Under the pieces are notes generated by a model. The model was not told the origin of the DNA. It did not search any database and worked only from the letters and a program-made list of their open reading frames with translations. Shown in pieces: positions 57,679 through 64,000 of a stretch of DNA of 64,000 bases (the stretch's first letter is position 1; each line of letters opens with the position of its first letter). Source of the stretch: an uncultured Gammaproteobacteria bacterium (lineage in GTDB: Bacteria; Pseudomonadota; Gammaproteobacteria; Steroidobacterales; Rariloculaceae); assembly GCA_964384125.1 (NCBI GenBank), contig CAYLKA010000004.1, positions 5,576 through 69,575 of the forward strand. Direction: 5' to 3'. Made by a program: the position numbers and the translations under genes.

Positions 57679-58701
57679 ATGAAAAGACTGATTGGAAAAC
57701 GGCTAGGATTCATCTTCGGTCTGCTCGGGTTCGCTCTGCCGCTTCCAGGTCAGACTCACCATGCGTTTTCAGGTGTCTTTGACATGGACAATCTCACTGA
57801 GCTTGAAGGTGAGATCACGCGTCTGATGTGGCGTAACCCTCACGTGCAGTTCACGATGCGAGATGCTAACGGTGAGTTGTGGGATATCGAAACCAACTCT
57901 GTAAGTATCCTCAGCCGTATGGACGTGAGCGCGGAGCTCCTCGCAGAGGGTGATCGGATCACGGTCGCCGGATACGCTGCTCGGAGTGGCGCCAACGCAA
58001 TGTGGATCAACCATGTTCTTCTCTCAGACGGGCGAGAGCTTGTCACGCGCCCCGGCGTTGAACCCCATTGGGCGAGCGAGCATCTAGGCGTGTCGGAGAC
58101 CTGGTTAGCCGGCGGTTTCGAAGGCGGGGCGGAGCAGGGGATCTTCCGCGTCTGGAGCACGCGTTTCAACGGCCCCGGTCGTTACATGGGTCTACCCGAG
58201 TATCCGCTGACCGCCTCTGCGTCAGCCGCCCAGTCGGCGTTCGATCCGCTTGCAGACGATCCCATCGGCGACTGCACGCCAAAAGGCATACCGTGGATTA
58301 TGCAGCAACCCTATCCCGTCGCCTTTTCTCGGAGTGATGAAGACATACTGTTCCACATTGAGGAGTACGACCTCGTTCGTACCATCCACATGGACCCGTA
58401 TGCCGTGGATGAAGATGCCCCCCCAAGTCTTCTGGGGTACTCCGTGGGTCGGTGGGACGGAGACGATCTAGTGGTGTATACACACTCGGTCGATTGGTAT
58501 CACTTTAACTCGAGCGGAATTCCTCAGAGTGCCGAGGCGCAGTTCGAAGAACGGTTCTCCTTGAGCGACGGCGGGGCTAATCTTGATTACACGGTGATCG
58601 TCACCGATCCGCAGACGTTCACAGAGCCAGTGACCATGAGAAAACAATGGGTCTGGCGGCCGGGCGAAACAGTCAAGCCCTACGAGTGTACAAACTATTG
58701 A
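57679..58701 (+). CDS. Secreted two-domain His-His protein, paralogue 5 (function unknown)
   Basis: GGGAGGGGGA Shine-Dalgarno. Signal peptide ...ALPLPGQT, then HHAFSGVFD. The N-domain has GEITRLMWRNPHVQF...LWDIE...GDRITVAGYA...LLSDGRELV. The C-domain has DPIGDCTPKGIP, GYSVGRWDGDDLVVYTHS, GIPQSA, EERF, VTDPQ and PYECTN. Confidence 0.87.
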   Translation: MKRLIGKRLGFIFGLLGFALPLPGQTHHAFSGVFDMDNLTELEGEITRLMWRNPHVQFTMRDANGELWDIETNSVSILSRMDVSAELLAEGDRITVAGYAARSGANAMWINHVLLSDGRELVTRPGVEPHWASEHLGVSETWLAGGFEGGAEQGIFRVWSTRFNGPGRYMGLPEYPLTASASAAQSAFDPLADDPIGDCTPKGIPWIMQQPYPVAFSRSDEDILFHIEEYDLVRTIHMDPYAVDEDAPPSLLGYSVGRWDGDDLVVYTHSVDWYHFNSSGIPQSAEAQFEERFSLSDGGANLDYTVIVTDPQTFTEPVTMRKQWVWRPGETVKPYECTNY

Positions 58702-58950
58702 CGGATGATTTTCTCGTGACGATCCGCACCCCAAACTTTGTAGTGCCGCGAAACAACTATTCCTCTGACAACCCGTTCAAACTGTAATATCTGGATTTGT
58801 GCTCAGTGGTCTAGCCGTTGCTGCCGCACGATCGGCACGATACTCAACCTGGTTGATAGCCTCAGAGATTGGCGGACACTGTTCGTCGCAAACCTTGGGT
58901 GGCTAGTTAGTTTGCATCGGGAGGCGGGTAAAAGAATGCTGCACTTGGTG

Positions 58951-59883
58951 CTAAAACGCGACCTGATCGGCACCCTTGAGGCTCAGGATCTCACGGGCCT
59001 CGTCGGGGGTGGCAATCTCGAGCCCCAACTCCTCGAGGATTCCGCGGACGATCGTCACTTGTTGAGCGTTCGACTCCGCGAGCTTCCCGGGTCCGGCCCA
59101 TAGCGAGTCCTCCAGGCCTACCCGAACGTTCGATCCTAGGCTGACGCCCTGGCGCGCGATATCCATTTGATTGCGCCCGGCACCGAGGACAGACCATTGG
59201 TAGGCGTCGCCGAGCAGTCGATTGGCCGTGCGCCGCATGTGCTCTAGGTCATCAGGGTGCGCGCCGATACCTCCGAGTATGCCCATAACGCTTTGTACGA
59301 ACAGTGGCGGTTGGACCAAACCACGATCGAGAAAGTGTGCGAGGTTATAAACGTGGGAAATGTCGTAGCATTCGAACTCAAAACGAGTGCCGTTCTCTCG
59401 GCACGAGTTCAATATGTACTCGATGTCTGCGAAGGTATTCTTGAAGACCAGGTCTCGAGAGTTCTCGAGGTGAGATTGCTCCCACTCGTACTTGAACTCC
59501 TTGAAGCGGTTCAACATAGGGTAAAGACCGAAGTTCATCGAACCCATGTTTAGCGATGCAACCTCGGGTTTTAGCTGCAGAGCCGGTTGCAGCCTCTCCT
59601 CGATCGTCATGCTCGGGGCACCGCCACTGGTGAGGTTGATGACAGCATCGGCGTTGTTCTTGATGGTCGGGAGAAATTGGCGAAACACATCTGGGTCCTG
59701 AGTGGGGCGGCCATCCTCGGGATCCCTGGCATGAAGGTGCAAGATAGCCGCGCCGGCCGCGGCCGCCGCGATGCCTGCGGCGGCGATCTCATCAGGTGTT
59801 ACCGGTAGGTATTGGGACATTGATGGTGTGTGGATCGAGCCCGTGGGCGCACAGGTGATGATGACTTTTCGCTGGGCTGACAT
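58951..59883 (-). CDS. BKACE family enzyme (3-keto-5-aminohexanoate cleavage-like, DUF849)
   Basis: The ORF extends to 59982. I prefer ATG 59883, which follows AAGGA. MSAQRKVIITCAPTGSIHTPS...LHLHARDPEDG...NLTSGG is the family pattern. Confidence 0.78.
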   Translation of the reverse strand: MSAQRKVIITCAPTGSIHTPSMSQYLPVTPDEIAAAGIAAAAAGAAILHLHARDPEDGRPTQDPDVFRQFLPTIKNNADAVINLTSGGAPSMTIEERLQPALQLKPEVASLNMGSMNFGLYPMLNRFKEFKYEWEQSHLENSRDLVFKNTFADIEYILNSCRENGTRFEFECYDISHVYNLAHFLDRGLVQPPLFVQSVMGILGGIGAHPDDLEHMRRTANRLLGDAYQWSVLGAGRNQMDIARQGVSLGSNVRVGLEDSLWAGPGKLAESNAQQVTIVRGILEELGLEIATPDEAREILSLKGADQVAF

Positions 59884-59893
59884 ATCGGTTCCT

Positions 59894-60808
59894 TTATCCT
59901 GAAAATCTGGGCTCTGGGATACCGTGAATTCCAAGGCCGGTAACGCGAAACAATGATCCCGCGCCGAACTGAGGTTTTGCATCGACGCGAAAGCGATCGT
60001 GAACAGCGGGATGCTTCACCCTTGCCATCGATGTCACGTAGATCTCGTCGAGATTATCGCCGCCGAACATGACTGAGGTGATGTTGGATACAGGCATACT
60101 GATTTTGCGTTCCACGGTTCCTTCTGGGTCGTAGCGCACGAGGTCGCCTGAGATGAGCTCCGCGTTCCAGAGACATCCCTCAGCATCGACAGTGGAGCCG
60201 TCGGGAACTCCGGAAACATCCTTTGTGCTAGCGAACACGCGCTTGTTAGATACCTTACCCGTCTCTATATCGTAATCGTAAGCCCAGAACTCATCGACGA
60301 AGGTGTCTGCTACGAAGAAGGTCTTGTCATCCGGACTCCAGCACGGTCCATTCGTGCAGATGATGCCGTCCTCGATGCGGGTTACGTTGAAGTTGGGATC
60401 AAGCTGCCAGAGTCCGCAGATCGCGAGTTCTTCCTTGTCATCCATGCCGCCAGCAACGAACCGTCCACGCCGGTCTACCTTACCGTCATTCAGGCGTGAT
60501 CGCGGCTGATCTGACTCGATCAAGGTGATGAGTTCGAGGTCCTCGCTATCAGGGTTGAAAAGATAAAAGCCGTCGCTAAGCGCGAGAACTAGTTTCCCGT
60601 TTTTTCGAACGGCAAGCGCCCCGACGTCATGGTCTAGAGACCAGTTAGATACACTATTCGTCTTGGGGTTGAGGCGCCAGATGGAGGGGTTGCCGACTCG
60701 GCGGCCGGTGCCGTCTAACCACCAGAGAACGCCGGTGTCCACATCCCAGACGGGACCCTCGCCTAGATGGTTTTCGCATTGGAGGACACATTCGATGCGA
60801 TATCCCAT
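59894..60808 (-). CDS. SMP-30/gluconolactonase/LRE family protein
   Basis: 304 aa with no signal peptide. It has a six-blade propeller pattern: GEGPVWD, RLNDGKVDRRGRF, TNGPCWSPD, PDGSTVDAEG and NITSVMFGG. Confidence 0.82.
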   Translation of the reverse strand: MGYRIECVLQCENHLGEGPVWDVDTGVLWWLDGTGRRVGNPSIWRLNPKTNSVSNWSLDHDVGALAVRKNGKLVLALSDGFYLFNPDSEDLELITLIESDQPRSRLNDGKVDRRGRFVAGGMDDKEELAICGLWQLDPNFNVTRIEDGIICTNGPCWSPDDKTFFVADTFVDEFWAYDYDIETGKVSNKRVFASTKDVSGVPDGSTVDAEGCLWNAELISGDLVRYDPEGTVERKISMPVSNITSVMFGGDNLDEIYVTSMARVKHPAVHDRFRVDAKPQFGAGSLFRVTGLGIHGIPEPRFSG

Positions 60809-60834
60809 TCGCTGTCCTTGTTATCGTTGAAGGA

Positions 60835-62346
60835 ATGCCGCGGTTTTCGCGTCGACATTATGCGTCACCAATTCATGTAGAATCCAACGCCTTCGCTAAA
60901 GTACGGAGGTGCGCTGGAGTGCGTAGACTGTTCGCAGCGCTATGGATCTTTTTCGTCGCTGTAGGCGCAGTTCACGCGCAAGATGATGAGCGGCTAGACG
61001 TCCTCTTCATTGCCATTGACGACCTTAACGACTGGGTAGGTGTTCTCGGCGGACACCCACAGGCGAAGACGCCCAATATCGACGCACTTGCCGAGCGCGG
61101 AATTTCGTTCACGAATGCGCACTCGGTGGCTGCGTTGTGTAACCCTTCTCGCACTGCCCTGATGCTCGGGTTGCGCCCATCCACTACGGGCATCTACGGC
61201 AATGACCCCAGTTGGATGGATGTGGAGGGCCTCGCAGAGCTCCCGACTCTACCCAGATTTCTCCGAGAGCGCGGCTACCGGACCTACGGTGCGGGGAAGA
61301 TTTTCCATGCCGCCACTTTCCGTGAGCCTCTTTTTTCTGGGTACAACGATCCGGCAGCTTGGGACGCGTTTTATCCGTCCCTGGGACGCCAACTCCCTGA
61401 TGAGGTGGGTCCGCCGGAACGACCGGCCAATGGCAATCCGATTGATTACCGTTTTGACTGGGGCCCCGTGGTGGTTGATGACCGAGCCATGGGGGACGGG
61501 CAGGTTGTCGCGGCTGCGGAGCGGCGGATTTTGGCTGGTGGCAATGGGCCTCGATTCGTCGCCGTCGGAATCTATCGGCCCCACCTACCATGGTACGTCC
61601 CGCAGAAGTATCTCGATATGCATCCGTTGGATCAGATCGAGCTTCCCACTGTGCTCGAGAGTGACCTCGACGACGTTCCTTTGATAGGGCAGCAGTTCCA
61701 ACAAAACTCCTTTTTGCCGCCTATGGACCTGCACCGTTGGGTCGTCGCCGCGGATACTTGGCGAGACGGAGTACAGGCCTATCTTGCGAGTGTTAGTTTC
61801 GCGGATGCCATGGTGGGACGGGTACTCGATGCCCTAGAGCAAAGTGGGCGGGCGGACCGGACCATCATCATCCTCTGGTCGGATCATGGTTGGCACCTAG
61901 GTGAGAAGCTCCGTTGGCGTAAAACGACTCTCTGGGAGGAATCCACACGAGTCCCTCTCATCGTTGTTGCTCCGGACGTGACGACGCCCGGTAGCCGAAG
62001 CGCCCGGACGGTGTCCTTAATCGACCTCTTCCCGACACTCACCGAGTTGCTTGGAATCGAGGCGCCGAGTTACCTGGAAGGTGCGAGCTTGGTCCCGTTA
62101 CTGGAAGATCCAGATGCACCCTGGAATTACCCGGCCATCTCAACTTTCGGGTTTGGGAATCACGCGGTGAGGACCGAGCAATTTCGCTACATTCGCTATT
62201 CCGACGGCAGCGAGGAGCTTTACGACCACGAGACGGACCCCAACGAGTGGACCAATCTCGCGGCTGATCCGACCTATGCGGGCGTCAAGGCCGAACTCGG
62301 TGAGTTATTGCCTAGAGAGAACGCACCAGACGCTTACTACCGATGA
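60835..62346 (+). CDS. Exported sulfatase (formylglycine-dependent type)
   Basis: 503-aa ORF. The likely start is GTG 60919 (MRRLFAALWIFFVAVGAVHAQ). It has the sulfatase signature AALCNPSRTALMLG and the metal-site DD (FIAIDDLND). Confidence 0.87.
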   Translation: MPRFSRRHYASPIHVESNAFAKVRRCAGVRRLFAALWIFFVAVGAVHAQDDERLDVLFIAIDDLNDWVGVLGGHPQAKTPNIDALAERGISFTNAHSVAALCNPSRTALMLGLRPSTTGIYGNDPSWMDVEGLAELPTLPRFLRERGYRTYGAGKIFHAATFREPLFSGYNDPAAWDAFYPSLGRQLPDEVGPPERPANGNPIDYRFDWGPVVVDDRAMGDGQVVAAAERRILAGGNGPRFVAVGIYRPHLPWYVPQKYLDMHPLDQIELPTVLESDLDDVPLIGQQFQQNSFLPPMDLHRWVVAADTWRDGVQAYLASVSFADAMVGRVLDALEQSGRADRTIIILWSDHGWHLGEKLRWRKTTLWEESTRVPLIVVAPDVTTPGSRSARTVSLIDLFPTLTELLGIEAPSYLEGASLVPLLEDPDAPWNYPAISTFGFGNHAVRTEQFRYIRYSDGSEELYDHETDPNEWTNLAADPTYAGVKAELGELLPRENAPDAYYR

Positions 62347-62350
62347 TCCT

Positions 62351-63439
62351 TTACAGGCTGATCACGATTTTGCCCATGTGGGCACCGCTCTCCATATAGG
62401 CGTAAGCTGCCGGCGCTTCCTCGAACGGGAACACTCGATCGATGACGGGCCGCAACTGATGCTCGGTTAGAAACGCGTTCATGGCCTGAAAATCTTCCCG
62501 GGTGCCCACATTGATATTCGTCACTGAGGAACCCCTGGGTAGGCGTCCGAGCGGCAGTGTATCTGCATCCCCTGAGAGGCTGCCGATGATGGCGATGTGG
62601 CCATCGAATGCGAGTGCTTCGATGGCTCGATGCAGCGTCTCTTGTCCGACGACGTCCAACACGTGATCCACGCCACTACCACCGGTCAGTTCGAGCACTT
62701 CCTGTTGCCACTCGGGGTTGGTTCGGTAGTTCACCGTGCCCACGGCGCCCAGGGATCGTGCCTGCTCTAGTTTCGCGTCACTTGAGCTCGTGATGATGGG
62801 GTTTGCACCGGCCGCTGCGGCCAGTTGTAGGCCGAAGATCGACACGCCGCCCGTTCCTTCCAAGAGCACCGTTTCACCGGTTTGCAGTCCGCCTTCGACA
62901 AACAACGACCGCCAGGCGGTCAAGGCTGCACAGGGCAGCGTCGCCGCTTCCTCGAAGCTCAGGTAGTCGGGAATGGCAACGAGCCCGACCTCGGCGCTCA
63001 CGATCATTTCCGCAAGCATGCCGTCGACGCTGCCGCCCCCGCGGGCGCTCGCAATGGCTTCCGCGGTTCGTCGTCCGCCCGAGAAATCTTTGAAGAACGT
63101 GCCTGCGACCCGATCCCCGACGTTGAATTGCGTGACGTTGGAACCAATTGCAATGACTTCGCCGGCGCCATCTGAGGTCGGTACGAGTCCCCTCGATGTG
63201 TCTCTGCCCTTAACGTAGACGTCTCTGCGATTGAGTGAAACCGCACGCACCCTCACCAGAACTTCATTCGCACCCGGGGTAGGTTGAGCGACTTCTCGGA
63301 CCGTGAGTTCGAGACCGTTCGCGCCGGGCTCGAGCTGGTACTGGTTCATGGTTTGGGCGTCCGCTTTTGGAACGGCCGTCATGGCTCCCACCAGCAGGCT
63401 TGCGACTACCAGTGTTCGCGTCAGATAGAGTTCTTGCAT
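62351..63439 (-). CDS. Medium-chain (zinc-type/quinone oxidoreductase-like) dehydrogenase with an apparent N-terminal signal/anchor sequence
   Basis: 362 aa with GANEVLVRVRAVSLNRRD and the nucleotide-binding motif LLEGTGGVSIFGLQLA. ATG 63439 is preceded by GGAG and encodes a hydrophobic leader, TRTLVVASLLVGAMTAVPKADAQ. The alternative start is ATG 63349. Confidence 0.8.
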   Translation of the reverse strand: MQELYLTRTLVVASLLVGAMTAVPKADAQTMNQYQLEPGANGLELTVREVAQPTPGANEVLVRVRAVSLNRRDVYVKGRDTSRGLVPTSDGAGEVIAIGSNVTQFNVGDRVAGTFFKDFSGGRRTAEAIASARGGGSVDGMLAEMIVSAEVGLVAIPDYLSFEEAATLPCAALTAWRSLFVEGGLQTGETVLLEGTGGVSIFGLQLAAAAGANPIITSSSDAKLEQARSLGAVGTVNYRTNPEWQQEVLELTGGSGVDHVLDVVGQETLHRAIEALAFDGHIAIIGSLSGDADTLPLGRLPRGSSVTNINVGTREDFQAMNAFLTEHQLRPVIDRVFPFEEAPAAYAYMESGAHMGKIVISL

Positions 63440-63729
63440 GCTTAAAGCTCCGCGATGGGGTGGGTCTGGTTCGATGTTATCACGCGTCGGGCCGGAGGGG
63501 TTTTTCGGAAGACTAGGGAGATTTATTGAACGGGATCAAGGTAAAAGGAAGGTTTGTGGGTGACTATGCGATCTCGACTGAGAGCATATTCGATAGATGA
63601 AAGAATCCTGGAAACCTGTCGTTCCGAACCGGGATTCCCATCCAAAAATAAAGGGTCGAGCCCCAAACGCCTAGTTTTTTCCCCGCCCGTTGGTGGGCAA
63701 TGTTGGCGCACTGCGATTTTGCGAGATGA

Positions 63730-64000
63730 TCAGCGGCTGAACAGGTAGACCGCGCCTGTATCGAAGCCGGAATTATCAGCCTGGCCGCCCCCGACACCTA
63801 TGGCCATACTGTCTTCGTAATGAGCTCCGATTGCGATGAGAGACCCATCCCGGTTCAGGCTGAGGGAGCTGCCGAACTCGTCAAAGGCCTCGGTATTCGA
63901 TCCTTTCATGTAAGCGGTCTGAGCCCACGTGTCCCCAGACCGGGCAAACAAATAAACCGCGCCCGCCTCGGTTGCGCTATCGTCGCCTTGCTCGCCGTCG
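63730..64000 (-). CDS. FG-GAP/integrin-like repeat protein, C-terminal fragment; 5' end lies outside the window
   Basis: The reverse frame stays open to the window edge. The repeat unit GAVYLFARSGDTW...FDEFGSSLSLNRDGSLIAIGAHYEDS...GAVYLFSR is typical of FG-GAP-like beta-propeller repeats. Confidence 0.6.
   Translation of the reverse strand, partial: DGEQGDDSATEAGAVYLFARSGDTWAQTAYMKGSNTEAFDEFGSSLSLNRDGSLIAIGAHYEDSMAIGVGGGQADNSGFDTGAVYLFSR

Overview
The gene content of this 64-kb segment (glnS, xerD-dsbC synteny, zapE, rarA, gpmA, frmA) fits a chromosomal region of a Gammaproteobacterium. The exported sulfatase, TonB receptor and PnuT-type vitamin salvage suggest a marine or oligotrophic lifestyle. 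It looks moderately GC-rich by eye; I did not compute this. I can support about 60 protein genes, one TPP riboswitch, one hairpin terminator and one short tandem duplication. I recognised no rRNA, tRNA, CRISPR array, IS element, transposase or phage gene. Three themes stand out. (1) Molybdenum cofactor genes are dispersed across the window (modBC, xdhC-like, moeA, moaACDE, mocA-like, moaB), but no molybdoenzyme is present. (2) A TPP-riboswitch-controlled thiamine salvage operon encodes a TonB receptor, a YkoF-like binding protein, PnuT and a thiamine-kinase-like protein. (3) The most interesting signal is five paralogues of a secreted two-domain protein of unknown function. One copy is split into two translationally coupled genes. 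In every copy the predicted signal-peptidase cleavage leaves His-His at the mature N-terminus, and the C-terminal domain carries a conserved Cys pair. Each copy sits among exported redox proteins (a PQQ dehydrogenase, c-type cytochromes; a flavo-multihaem protein lies near copy 5) and exported hydrolases or RidA-like proteins (Ntn acylase, two MBL-fold proteins, amidase, deacetylase). I propose this recurrent periplasmic module as the candidate undescribed system. Every functional statement about it is inference from sequence motifs and gene context only.
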